A stretch of DNA of 59,331 nucleotides, counting the filler, from Basidioascus undulatus (lineage: Eukaryota), in NCBI GenBank assembly GCA_000826855.1. It is 6 parts of 6 records of this genome, joined end to end, with 100 filler letters (N's around TTAATTAATTAA, not from the genome) between each part and the next. Parts side by side here need not be neighbours in the genome. Positions count along the whole stretch, not along the records: positions 1 to 9,875 come from JTLS01001204.1; positions 9,976 to 19,811 come from JTLS01001206.1; 4 more parts are not named here. One strand, written 5' to 3'. The notes below the pieces were generated by a model. That model did no database searches. It was given only the letters and a program-made list of their open reading frames with translations, and was not told where the DNA came from. Below, in pieces: positions 1 through 13,534 of this stretch. Made by a program: the position numbers and the translations under genes. Position 1 is the first letter of the stretch. Each line of letters starts with the position of its first letter.

Positions 1-1464
1 AGGAGGGAGAGCGGGGAGGGCGGGAGGGAGTTGGGGAGAGGTGGTGAGGCGGAGGGAGAGGTAAAGGGGGACGGCTGGGGGGCGAGGGAGTCGAGTGGCC
101 CGAGCAAGGGGAGGAGGGCGAGGGCTTGGGCGGAGAGGGCGGAGGCGGAGGTGGAATTGGTCGGTTCTTCGGCTTTGACCTGGGCTTCGGCTTGAGCAGG
201 CGCGTCTCTCTTTGAGCCGACACGATTATTTGAATTTGCTTGTTCTTCTGCTTTGATGTGCGGTGTGGAACTGGAAGCTTGAGGAGGAGAGGTGAGTGAG
301 GTAGAGGTAGTTGCCCGCTTGACCGCCGACGCCGCCGCAGCCGACGCCGACGCCGACTTGCCCGTGTTGACGTCCATCTTGTCCGGTGCAGACTCGACCT
401 TAATCGGGGCACTCGAACTTGAGCTCGGAACAGACTGCTTGCTTGAAGATGCGGTTGCGGTTGCTGCTGCGGTCGGAGTTGCAACGGCGTTGCTGATACG
501 GACGCGGACGGTCCGGCCGAGGACATGCTGCCCGTCGAAGCGGAGCGCATGGTCACGGTCGCTTCGGTTGAAGAAAACGATCTGTGCCCAAGCGTCTCCG
601 CAGTCGTTGGACATGCACAGGCTGACGTCCTGGCTGTCCCACCCCGCCCAATCGCACGCATCAGCGGGCGCCGAACCCTCCCCACCCGTCCTTGCCGCGC
701 CAAGAAAGAAAGAGATGGAAGGAGACACGCACGTCCTAGTCCCCATGTACCCCTCAAACCACTCTCTCAAGTCCGTCCTGCTCGTCCGCCTGCTCAGCCC
801 CTCCACGCGGACCTCCCACGGGCCGGCCCGCTCCTCCTGCTCGCGCTGGCGCTGGCGCTCTCTCATCTCCGCCTCGTTCCTCTCCCACTCCCCGACACGG
901 GGAACATAAGCGCCGTAGGCCATCTCGCAGTGCTTAATGTACCCGCGCGCGCGGCTCGACGTGACCGAGAACGGCCGGCCCTCGAACCCGGGGATGTTGA
1001 ACGAGGTGTGCAGGTGCGCCGCCGCCGCCGAGGCATCGGCGGGGCGCGCGAAGCGTACGTAGGCGTAGTAGGAGTTTGTGCGGGACTTTATCGGAGGGGT
1101 GAGGACATGCAGTCTGTTGAGGGGAGGAAAGTAAGCGCTGAGGTCGGAATTGAGGAGAAGGACAGACGCACAGCTCGCCGAAAGGGCTGAAGAGCGTCCG
1201 GATGAAGTCGACGCCTGTGTGAATGTTCAATATCGCGTCCAGCGCCACGAAAAATGTTCCACCCGGGCTTACGACTGGAAAATTGGCGCGGGAGCGGGTC
1301 AGGCACCTTGGGCACAAACAGCAGCTGCGCCTCGAGGTCCCGGTTCGGGAGCGAGAGCGGGTGCGGCTTATCGGACTGCAGGTGCTGCTCGTCGTCAAGA
1401 GGTCAGTTCAGCCGCGGCAAGTACTCTGGGAAATACTCACGTAGACCACCCTGTCGGACGTCAT
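1..1464 (-). CDS. RRM-domain RNA-binding protein (2 RRMs, spliced, 3' end runs off contig)
   Basis: Manual splicing gives FIRTLFSPFGEL..YAYVRFARPADASAA (RRM1), then VRVEGLSRRTSRTDLREWF..AWAQIVF..DRDHALRFDGQHVLGRTVRV (RRM2) and a low-complexity S/A/P tail. GT-AG introns. Start codon tentative. Confidence 0.7.
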
Positions 1465-1849
1465 CCTGCACTGAAAATGGGGGAGACGGAGGAGATGGTG
1501 AAGGCGAACGAGGAACAAGATCAAGAGACGAGCGTTCCGCCGTCTTCGCTGTCGGCCCGGTTTAGCCTGCGTTTGCATCCGAGCAAGGCGAGACACAGTC
1601 TATTGCGATTGCCAGACAAAACGCAGTGCTGTGCAATCTTTTCACAGACCTTACTGGCTGTGAAGCGTTGTATACGAATATTTTGGGCCATCAAGAAAAG
1701 CGCGCAGCGGTGATGGCGAGAACAGTAGATGCACGCGGCTGGAAGTCGAGGAAGCACGCGCCGGCACCTGTTCAACACTCGTCCAGCCTAACATAAGTAA
1801 CCGTAAGATCTTTGAGGAGGATCGGAGAGAGACAGTATCGGACAGGGGA

Positions 1850-2359
1850 ATCATCAGCCCTCCAGCCCTCCCACGGCCTTAGCACTAGCTTCCTCCCGCT
1901 CACGCCCTCCCTGCTCCTCCTCAGCGCCTTTCCCACTAACTCTCCAACTTTTGAAAGATAAGAAACCCTACTTTGTCAATGGACTCAGCCGACGTGAGCG
2001 CGTACTGCTGATACGCAGTCTGATCCGGATCCACGGTCGATGCTTGGAAGATGCTGCACCGTCCCATAAGCCTTGCACGCGCCATTCCAAAGAACTTAAG
2101 CACTCACACTCTATCCCCCTTCTCAAAGCTCTCCACCCCCTACCCAACGCGCTCCACCCTCCCCCACCTTTGACGAGCCCCGATCCTAGGTCACCATGAA
2201 ATACAGAGATAATTATTAACTCACCTTCCAGTCGATGGGGTTGACTCCAGTTGCGAGGACTTCGACGAGCACCTGCCCCGGTCCGACGCTCGGCGTGGGC
2301 CGGCGGTCGACGGTGAGCGTGCCGCGGTGGGAGGTGAGGATGGAGGCGATGTGGGACAT
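1850..2359 (-). pseudogene. MDR-superfamily enoyl-reductase / zinc-binding oxidoreductase pseudogene
   Basis: Reads MSHIASIL..GPGQVLVEVLATGVNPIDWK, then GRVERVG*GVESFEKGDRV (in-frame TAG at 2140-2142) and TAYQQYAL. It then jumps to the C-terminal motif REGVSGRKLVL; the central Rossmann domain is missing. Confidence 0.75.
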
Positions 2360-4132
2360 CAGTGTGAGGCGTTCTGAGGTAAGATATGGAGAGCAAGCAA
2401 TGGAGCTGGATGGTGGGTTTATATAGAGACGCGAGGAAAGCACGCCATGCGGCCAATGCGGAGGACAGTCCCCAGTTCGCACACAGGCTTGCATCTCAGA
2501 GAAGGCAGATGTGATTGTGGTTCCCTGTCAGTATTCAATCCTGTGCATCTGGGAATCACTCAGAAGCCCCCAGAAGCAAGTCGCTGTTCAGCTTGGGGAG
2601 AATTGGGTTGGCGATGCGTAGCGCAGAGACAATCTCCTCCAATCAGAAAACACTGGGCAGACTTCTCCGCATTTTTATTGAAGAATTGGAATCCTCATTT
2701 CTCAGGTTCATGAAAAATGGAATTCTCATCTTCCTGTCAGAATTCAATCCTGTGTATTTGGAAATGAATTTGAAGTCCCAAGGAGCAAGTCACTGTGTCA
2801 GAACTTGCCTACTTGCCAGGAAAGGAAAGAAAGTGGGCAGCGGTGGGCTGGCTGGTGGGTGGGTGAGAGTAGTTAGCTGACCCAAGCAAACTTGCCAAAC
2901 CTTTCTTGCGCTATCCGGAGCCGATCCCAACAGAGGCGAAATCCCAGCACCGCAAAATTGCTCCCAGAGATTTGAGGATGGCGGCTTTGCTCAGCCTTTC
3001 TAATCCAAAATGAACCCCTTCCTAGACTCTTTTCAGGATCTATCAAACTTCAGCACAGATTCTGGAAAGGAACCACAATACTGTCTTTCAAGCACCAGCC
3101 TAAGCTCGCAAATAGGCCCGATTCAGGCAGTGTTTGTTTGTTCAGTTTCATGTTGTCATTTACAGCTTACTTTTTGTTTGAGTTATGCGGCCCATTGAAG
3201 TGAATATTCCAAGTACAACGTGAAAGGGCTGGGATGGAAGAATGAACCAGTCGTTGCGTCCTTGTGTGCACTGCCAACTTGATGGCGATTGGTGCTCATA
3301 GTGGACGCGCATGATAATGTCGTCTTTTGGGCCTAACGGATGGACTCGTGCGCCTACATGGAGTTTGAAGCCCTTATTTGCAAAGCATCTGTGAATAGCA
3401 CCAAAAGAGAGTATACTTGGAACTTTATCGGTCGGATTCCGTTAGCATCAGCTGATGAAGCCGCACCTGATATGCTTCAAAAATAGCTGGTCGATGAAAA
3501 GTGGAATGTGCTCAATATATGAGCCCGTATCGTGGAGGGTCGTCGTAGTACCGACCTGAACAGCACTGCAAGCCTTCAAGCTTACTGGACCCTGCCTGTG
3601 GACATTGATCTCGTACCCCACTCCGGATAGGCCAAAACATTGGATTTTCCATACCGTCCCGAACTGCCTCCCTTATCTCACTGCCGAAGAGGGGATCAGC
3701 TCGCGTACACACGAGTTGCTGCACGCCAGGCTGCAGCATCATTGTGGACGGCGCATGAGCTCAGAGGTGTGAAGCTGCTGCGCCACAAACAACGTGGCGG
3801 GAAAATCAAAGAAAGGGAGAAATGGTAAGTCACTAGCGAGCTGATTGAAAGGATGTTGATGCAGACAGTTCGCGTCTGTCGACGAAGCAGTGCCATGACT
3901 AGCGGTCAGCTCCGCCTGGCCAGAAACTTCTGATGTGCTCCGCATTGAAGCCAAAATATGGACAATACATAATGTAAAGTGGGCATAGGTGCATAATTAC
4001 ATGAGGGGTTGGCATGATCGGACATAAACGACGACGTGAGAAAGCTGCGCAGACAAGGTGAAATGTGGTACAGGGAAGGGTGTCGTGACAAAGTTAAAAA
4101 AAAAACCCCCAAAGAAATCAAAGGACACTCGG

Positions 4133-5161
4133 TCAAATTTCCAAAATGCAGCCAAACCTCTCATCCCCAGCATCCCCTCCACGTCCACAGTTCGCGCAGT
4201 CCCAACCCTCCTGAGCCCGCCGACAACAACCTCCCACTCCCCAGCGGCCTCCCCATCCCTGACGACCCACACACTCCGCCGTCCCCCGCTCACCCCATCC
4301 AATCATGCTCGCCTTCCTACTCCGCACAGTCACGCCCCTCCCCCTCTCCGAGCGCCCGCGCACCCTGCGCGCACGCACACTATGCACGCGCAGCGGCCTC
4401 CCTGCGCCGGGGACGGCGGGTGGAGGCGTGGGTATCTGCCGCGCGAGGACGTGCAGGTCTTCCGAGCTGGTGAGGACGACGCTTCTTCGTTTGCGGCTGG
4501 AGGTGGACAAGCGGGTGGAAGGCGTGCGCGGGGCGGAGCGCAGCGTATGGGGCTGCGCGAGCGCGTCGGGGGGGAAGGACCCGCCTGCGCGGGGGAGGAG
4601 GGGGAGGAGGCGGTCGTGCGCTCTTAGGGCCAGGAGAGGGAGCTCGCTCAACCATGCGGGTGAGAAGACCGTCAATGATGCAGGGAGGGCGAGCGAGGGT
4701 GCGAGGACGTCGAGCAGGCTGGGGAGCGGCAAGATTCCGTCCGCCTGCCAGGGCAGCTCGTCCAGCACGAGCACCGCGCTTTCCCACCCATCCAGCCCCT
4801 GCCCCTGCACCCGCTCCAGCGCCCCCCGCAGCTCCCTCCGCGCCCCCAGCCCAAGCGGAACAGTGACGATCCGCACCCCCGAAGCGCGGCGCAGGCGCAC
4901 AGCCTCGCGCGCGGCGCGGCGCTCGGCGGGCGTGGGCGGCGCGTGCGGCGGGAGAGCCAGAACGAGGATGGTGAGCTGTGTGTTTGGGCGGCGGAGGACG
5001 AAGGGAAGAATGGAGGAGAGGGTCAAGTGCGGTGTTATGAGGAGGGTGCGGCGTGCGGGTTCTGGGGAGGCGGAGGAAGAGAAGCGGGGGACAAAGGAGG
5101 ATCGCCGGATGTGTGGGCGACGCTTGAGGGGGGAGCCGGAGGGCGAGGGCGAGGGGACCAT
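4133..5161 (-). CDS. hypothetical protein (342 aa ORF)
   Basis: Long uninterrupted GC-rich ORF with coding-like composition. No family recognised. Confidence 0.45.
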   Translation of the reverse strand: MVPSPSPSGSPLKRRPHIRRSSFVPRFSSSASPEPARRTLLITPHLTLSSILPFVLRRPNTQLTILVLALPPHAPPTPAERRAAREAVRLRRASGVRIVTVPLGLGARRELRGALERVQGQGLDGWESAVLVLDELPWQADGILPLPSLLDVLAPSLALPASLTVFSPAWLSELPLLALRAHDRLLPLLPRAGGSFPPDALAQPHTLRSAPRTPSTRLSTSSRKRRSVVLTSSEDLHVLARQIPTPPPAVPGAGRPLRVHSVRARRVRGRSERGRGVTVRSRKASMIGWGERGTAECVGRQGWGGRWGVGGCCRRAQEGWDCANCGRGGDAGDERFGCILEI

Positions 5162-8100
5162 TACTGTTTGACAGGGTATGCGAATATTGCTGGGATTGTT
5201 GGAGGGATTTAAGAAGGGGAATAGGGAGGGCTGGGGGAGATGGGCTTTTGAAGGCGCGAGGCAGTGGACGAAGGCAACGCTGCCACCGCGGCCACCACGG
5301 AGTGGCGGTGCTCGAGGAATGCGGATACCTGTGATCGCTCGGAATGAATTTCAGAATTCTGGACTGTGGAATCTTTGCCTAACATATCCACATGAAGTCA
5401 GCAGTCAGCAGGAACCTACCAGATTCACGGGTTTCCTGCGCACATCGACACTGCGGGGCGGCGTTTCGGCTGTGGAAGCTGTCGTGGAACACTGCTGTAA
5501 AGGCGGTGTACTTTTCACAAATTATACGCGCGGTAATTCTGATCATGGATTCCTTACAACGCTTTATTCAAACACTAGAGGACATTGAGGGAGAAGCGAT
5601 GAAAGGGGCCGGGCAGCGGGGGCGGTTCTCCCTCTGGGTCCACTGCATGCGCCGCAGGTCGACGGGCCTCCGTGGGTATTTGCTTGAACTGCGATGAATT
5701 TTGGAAGAAAGTCATTTTGCTTGCAGAAGCACCGGGGACACTCAGCTCCCTGGCGGCAGATTCTGCAGCAGTTGAACCAGGCCCAGGCGGACCATCTCTG
5801 CCTCAACTGCGGTCCATCACCTCGCATCGGTTGGAAAATCGGACTTTACATTATATTTCGCACCGTCTTCTTGCGCGCTACCGTTCCGGATGTGGTATGC
5901 GTAGCGACAGCGAGCTGGTAGGGCTATCGTATCGGCCGCGGCGCATTTCCCATGGTGCGGCGTCGCCCAAGCTGAAGTTCGCAGTGTCATGGCAGGCTGA
6001 ACAACCATGCTCATAATAAATGGTACTTCTCCCAATATTTTAAGATATACGAAGTATTTGTTCAGACCTTGGGTAGTGCTGGGTAAGCTTTGCGTAAGAG
6101 GACCGAGGCACGGAAACGGTCCTGCCTCACAGGTTGTCCGGCTTTCAAACTTGTCCCCAGGCATTCGCATCTGAAATTAGGCCACACATAATCTTGTTGA
6201 TATTTTTCTGACCTCAGGGTAGAAAGAGGGAGGTGCAGAGCAGTCAGAATTCGACAGCACTGTCAAAGCGAAGCGCGGCAGTGCGCGTTTGTTTGTTTCG
6301 ACGATAGGAAGCAATTCCCACGGGCACTTCCTTCCGCCTCCGCTCTGGGCTTGAGCAGTTGCTGTTTCTCCTCGACTGTGTTGGTCGGGCTGCTTGGGCT
6401 GACAATGAACTGCCTATCTCCACACCCGCACCCGATAGCCCTCGCTAGGCCATTTAAACCGGCCCCGAGCCGACGCCGCCTGTTGCTCTCACCCATTTCC
6501 CGTCTCCTCTTGGTCTCCTTGCGCTTGCCGTCTAGTCCTTTCCCTCCCAACGACTGATGGGCTTTTGCTGATGGGTCGGCGGCACGGCTCAACAGTCGAA
6601 GAAGGGCAAGGTTTGGGAGGGCGACTAGGGCGCCTAGCTGGTCAGCCGGTGCGGACGCCCATCCACCATCCAAGCGTGGGTCTTCTCGATCTCCTGCTTC
6701 TTGCTGCGATGTCGATGCTCACGCGGTGATAGTTTGATGCCCAGAACCGCTCATGAGTAGCGGGTTTCATTGGACCGGTATTGTCCCGACGCAATGCTGA
6801 CTGGAGCGATCCTTCCCCTCCGCCAGTAACCTCCGTCTTCTGCCCGCCCTGCCCGACGCCCACGTGCACTTCGGTCCGCTTGGTGAGTCGCCCCCTGCTC
6901 TTCCTTCGGCCTCGAGGCGGGGCGGGACGCACTCGTCCTGGACCCCTTCACTGGACGGGGATCCGGCACCTCGAAGCGGGCGATGTTGACGACGTGAGCG
7001 TCGGCGGGGCACTTGAGGGTGAGGATCGGCTGGGTAAAAGGGCGCATCCTGTGCGTTCTGGGAGGAGACCGGGGGTAGTGGTGTTGGGCGCTGTGGACGC
7101 ACCTGGGAAAGATGAGGTGGTGTGTCTACAGCACCCTCCTTGTGTGTTGCCGTGAGCTTCCGCTGTGTTTGTAAGGCCCCCTTCAAGCGCTCGAGAACAG
7201 CATTCCAACGCAAGATTTCTGTTTTTTAGCATCGCTACTGGCCATGAAGAGACTGTCCGAATAGGCCGTCTTTCAAATAGGAGTCCGGTTCACCCAACTG
7301 TTGCCCACTGTTTATGACTTGCCGCCCACCCAACAAGTCGGTGGCATCGCAAAACTTGGCGGTGCACGCCGCCTGGGTGAAGGCGGGCTGGGCGAAGAGC
7401 AGACGGACTAGACGCACTGATTGTGTCGAAATGCGGATCCCCGGCGCACAACTGAACAACTGGGAAAGAAAGATTGGGGAGTTGAGGGGCTACCTACGCC
7501 CCAATTTACATGAGCGACTTGTAGGTACGTGCGAAAGACGTATGATTATAACCCTCTTCACAATTTTGCTCTTCGGGTGTCTTTCTAGCGTTTTATTCTA
7601 CCGATAGTATGACAAAGGGGAGTCGAGCGAGAGCGGATGTCCTGACAGCCGCACGAGCCGTCGAGGCGACTCGCTGCGTCGCGGTGCCTTCTCCTTTCAG
7701 TCTCATCATCACCTATCCTGACCTGTTCACTCACTTCTCGCTCATTTAACAAACCATCTCGACATTCTTTCTTCCCTCTGTTATATCATTTTCGACCGAG
7801 CGAGCCTCGCACCGCTCCGCGCTTCGTTCCCTGCTGCACCTTGATCATACTTCTCATCATCCGAGTCGCGGTCGGCCACGACCAACGCATCTTCGACACA
7901 CAGCGACGAACAGCATGCATCAGCGGAACAGGATGGGAAACGATCCGTCAAGTCTGCTGTAAGTGATATCTAATATTCTGCTGCTCCAGGCTGCCGTGCT
8001 CGTATAGCCTCAAGCAGCGGGCGCATGAGTGATAGCGCACAATGAGCGAGGTGTGAACATTCCTGTCTCCCTTTGTGGCATCCAGTGAATGGCTGCTCTT

Positions 8101-9875
8101 ACTCACGTCAAACTCCGTGGCCCATGCTAGGAGACCAAGTGACTCCCGGCAGCCGCACATCCGCAACGCTCCGCGGGCTAGCCCTCGACTCGCCGGAGAA
8201 CAAGCAATTCATTTCTCAGCAAGACGAGCTCGTCGCCCGTGGAATACTTTCCTTGAAAGACGGCGAAAAATTCAGGACAACTCCAGAGATCAAGGCCATG
8301 CTCAGGCGGTATTGTCTCCCTGAGTTGATGCGCTTGAATACAGGGACTCACCACATCAGTATGTGTTCTTTCTTTCCACGTGTCTCATTCCCCTTCTGTG
8401 TCAACTCAGAAGACAAAGACTTGTAGCGGTATCCAGAGCTGACGTGGTTCTGGAGGGTAGAAAGCAGGCACGCCCCGTACACGGTTGCCGTTCGCGTTCA
8501 GCAAGGTGCGCAAAAGCGTGCCGTGTTTGCTTTGGCACCTATGCTGCTCAACATTGGTTTTCTGATATGGCTTGTGCGCATGAGCTGACAGGACCCTGAA
8601 GCATATCTTTCTAAGTATCGACTTGAGATCGTCGGGGTGGAAGCCGGAGTGGAGCGCTGAGTTTTGGCGAGTGCTGGAAGCCCTGGAGAGAAGACCAGTT
8701 TCTGGGTTGCCTTGCGGTGCTGGTGGATCTTGCGAACGCATTGCTGCACAAGAAGATGCAGAACGTTAGTCCGCCGGAGGAAGAACCACAGATTGCCCGC
8801 ATGGACCCAAGGTGTTTCCGCACTGCGAGCGTGTGTACAATTGTTAGTAGACCCATACTTCGTGACCAAAAGTGCACTTTTTAAGGGCTGTAGTGCAGCA
8901 TTGGTATGCGAATCTCTGCCAAAGAAGGGCCACAGCCTATCATCTGATCTCGTAGAAATTTCATCGTTCCTGCAACGCAGCACGTGCCGCTCCCTTACCT
9001 AGTGTCGTACACCGACTCTCAAGGTAATTAACGCCTCAAAGTAGGGCTGCGGACGTGCGCAATATATATCACTTCTGTGCACTGGTATAATACGTTGAAG
9101 CAAGAGGTCGCGAAAACCACCGACTACTGGCCAGGATTCGCCAACAGTCGGCAGCGCTCCCTTGCCAAACACACACAACGTCGCCGATGGCGCAATGCTA
9201 GAGCACCCAGCAGCGGGCTCACAGTGCCGACTCCATAGCATGCTGAACAATTCAGGGGCAGTCGTCCATAGCCGTCTTCGCAGCCCCGCGTCGATCGTCG
9301 AGACTTTTTTTTGCAGAATTGACAGCCAGGCGTTCCCGCCTTTTGGGTTCCCGTACTGCATCTTAACATTTCCAGTTACGCACAAGCTGCAGTACTAAGC
9401 GGTATAGAATCGAGCGACTAGCAACGAACGGCCAGGGAGCGAGTCACGATCCAAGAAAGATCCAAATCCAGGCGACGGGACATTGCGAGCAGGCGACAGC
9501 GAGGGGTAGCTGCAAGAGATCGGGTCATACAACATAGGGCGGTAGTGCGATACGACAGTATTGTGCATTGTGTGTGTGCGGGGGGTATGCGCTGGGTGCT
9601 GCGTGTTGGAAAAGATGGTGTGGATGTGTGTGGGATATCTACTATCGGAAGGCGTGCGGCTGGGACGGTGTGGAAGAGGGGAATCCAGGTGCGGCGAGAC
9701 ATCATCAACCAATGTATAAGAGTGTGGAAAAAGAAAGAGGTCCAAATTCAGAATGCGCAAGACGAGAGGGAGGAGAGGGAGAGAGAGAAGAAGAAGAAGA
9801 ATCAGTTGGCCAGCGCTGCGAGGTTCGAGTGCGGTGCGCGGGGTGGGGAGGAGCGCTGGGAGGGGGAGGGGGGGG

Positions 9876-9975
9876 NNNNNNNNNNNNNNNNNNNNNNNNN
9901 NNNNNNNNNNNNNNNNNNNTTAATTAATTAANNNNNNNNNNNNNNNNNNNNNNNNNNNNNNNNNNNNNNNNNNNN
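9876..9975. other. artificial contig linker (N44-TTAATTAATTAA-N44)
   Basis: Identical 100-bp spacer with stops in all six frames. Confidence 0.99.
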
Positions 9976-10870
<895 letters not shown>

Positions 10871-10899
10871 TCGGCAGGGGAAAGGGGAGTAGAAGCTGC

Positions 10900-12006
10900 G
10901 AGGCGAGCTTGTGGTGGTGGAGCGGGCTTCGGGGGAGGGGAGGGTGGAGTGTCGGGAGCTGCTTCCCCCGATGTCGCCAACTCCTTGTCGGCCTCTAGCG
11001 CTTCCTGGGCGCCCTCGCCAGCATAGGCCATCGCCTCCGCGAGGGCCACAACGACCTCGTCCGCGTGCACAGGGACAGTCTCGAGCGATGGGCCGAGCGC
11101 GAATGCCGGAAGGACGGGGATGAAGTTGCGCGCGACTGCCTTGCGGACAGGCTCGAGGTCGGCCTCCTCCAGGTGGGCCGTCTCGGGCCCTACGTCCCGA
11201 CCTCTCGCTCGGGGCTGTGCCGTCGCCTGCGCCCAAGGCGGAAGGCTTCGCGGCACGGCGTCAAGCCGAGCAATAGGGTGCAGGATTGGACGCGCGTCCG
11301 CACCCGAGTCGAGGAGGAGCTCCGTGACGCGCAGGGTCTCTTCGCGCATGGCATCCATGAGCTCGTGCACGCGGCCCTCCGCGCGGATCTTGCGGATCTT
11401 CGGGGGCGTCCAGTCCTCCGAGTCGACGACGATCACGCTGACGAGGCCGAGCTGGCGGAGGTGGGCCATGCCATGGCAGATGGAGGCGAGCTGGCGGTCC
11501 GTGAACGGGCCCTGGAGCTTCACGATGCCCGCGCGCGGGTGGACGGGGTTGAGGAGGGTGTCGATGAGGGAAAGGGATGATGCAGGGGACGCGGCAGGGT
11601 TGCTGGGGTCCGCGGGGAGGGGGATCTCGGAGCGCGAGGTAAAGGGCAGGGGAGGATTCGAGGGCGAGGCGAAGGAGGCGAGGTAGGACTTGGAGTCGCG
11701 CGTGGATGGTCGAGCGGAGAGAACTTGGAGAATCAAATCCTACGCGGGGAGGATGTTCGGTAAAATGGTCCCGCATGAGGAGATTGTGGAAAGAGAAGAC
11801 GCACACGCTGGCTCTGCTCCGCTTCCTGCCTCGGCGTCCCCTTCGGATGACGGTCCCTCCTCGTCTAGTCCTCCCTACCATCTCAGCTTCCAGCGCACAA
11901 GACCCGCAGACCTGGGACTTACCGCTGCCGACGAGACCCCCCTGCATCCCCTCCCCGCCCCGACGGCCACCGTGCCCGTCGTCCTCCTGAGGGCGAGGGA
12001 AGCCAT
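10900..12006 (-). CDS. ARG2: mitochondrial N-acetylglutamate synthase, N-terminal part only (C-terminal acetyltransferase domain absent)
   Basis: DLILQVLSARPSTRDSKSYLASF and IVKLQGPFTDRQLASICHGMAHLRQLGLVSVIVVD..IPVLPAFAL match the fungal Arg2 N-terminal region. The N-terminus MASLALRRTT is presequence-like. Confidence 0.75.
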
Positions 12007-12558
12007 CCCCGCGTTAAAGATTTAAAGATAACCTGACTCGCTTGCTTTTTATGAGAGTCGCCCAAGAGTCTAGTGTGCAAATTTGTCTATATGCTGGATC
12101 GTAAAGGGCCGTGATAGAAGGCGGAAAAGGAGGGAGATGAGGAAGCGGACGCATGTACGGGGACAAAGTCTAAGTCATCCTGGCTGGGAGCGAAGGAAGC
12201 GGCGGCTCGCTCCGGCTGGACGCAGCCCGATCAAGCCGAGGACGGTCCCTCGCTTGAAGCTTCAGCCTTTGCTACACGACTGGCTCGCTGCACCGCAAGT
12301 ATTCCCTAAAATACCCGAAGTACCGCAAAGGTCTTTTCGCAAGTATCGATGGTACTTAGGCCATACAGCGGGCGACTTCACCGAGAGCAATTTTGGCTTG
12401 TTGAAGCGCCGACGATGCAGGTCTGTACTTACGTGTTTCCCGACGGTCTGCGCGTCACAGATCGCAGCAGAGCCAGATAATGTAGTCATCTCAATGTTCA
12501 TAGTCGACTATTCATCCTCATGTCCTTGCCCACTTCCCCTTTTCCCATGGAACCCAGA

Positions 12559-13534
12559 TCATTGAAACCACTCCTCGAGCAGCTTCCCGACCTTCTCCGG
12601 CGCCTCCACGCCCCCCCAGTGGCCGACGTCCTTCAGAATCTCCACCCTCGACTCCTTGATCTCCTCGCCCCACTTCTTGATGACCTCCGGGCCAGCAAGA
12701 TAGTCCTCCTCGCCGCCCACTAGGAGCGCGGGCGCCTGGATCTTGGTGAGGTCCGGGTCCTTCGAGTCGCCCAGCGCACGGCACGCGGCCGCGTAGCCCT
12801 CCGGCAGCGTGTTGAGCACCAGGTGGCGCACGTACTCGATTGCGAGCGGGTTGGACGTGCGCACGGACGCAGAGAGTGCGGAGGATGCGACGGTCGAGGC
12901 GATTTGGGCGGGGCCGGAGGGGGTCAGGACGGTCGAGGCGCGGGCGTGCATGCCTTCGCGCCCTTGGGCCGAGAGGGAGCGAACGGGGTGGAGGAGGACT
13001 GGACGAATACAAGAAGTTCAGCATGGCGCGGAACAGTGATTCAGTGCAGTAGGATGTCGTTGGGATGCACAGATCTTCTCGACCTTCTCTGGGTAGTGCT
13101 CAGCGAAGGTGGAGACGACAAGCTGTCGTTATGGATCAGCATTTGGGAAGACCGCAGGAAGTTAAAAAAAAAAAGAATTAACGCACACCAGACATCGAAT
13201 GGCCCGCCAGCCCGACCTTCTCAAACTTCAGCGCCTCCACGACGCCCCGCAGATCCTCTACGAGAGTGTCCACGCTGAGGCCGTCCTTCGCGCTTAGCGG
13301 GCTGCGCCCATGCCCGTCAAAGTCGTACGCGATCGCGGCGCCCTTCTCGGCGATCCCGCTCGCGGTGATGGACGGCGCCCAGTACGCGGAGGAGCCGCCG
13401 AGGCCGTGGAGGAAGATGATGGGCAGGCGGGAGGCGGTCGAGGTGGGCGAGAAGGTCGAGACGTGGAGGGACTTTCCCGAGGCCAGGCGGAGGAGCTGGG
13501 TCGTGAACTGCACGGTGGGCTGAGGGGCGGACAT
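12559..13534 (-). CDS. alpha/beta-fold hydrolase (3-oxoadipate enol-lactonase-like)
   Basis: IIFLHGLGGS, AYDFDGHGRS, nucleophile GHSMSG, LLVGGEED and ILKDVGHW. Confidence 0.85.
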
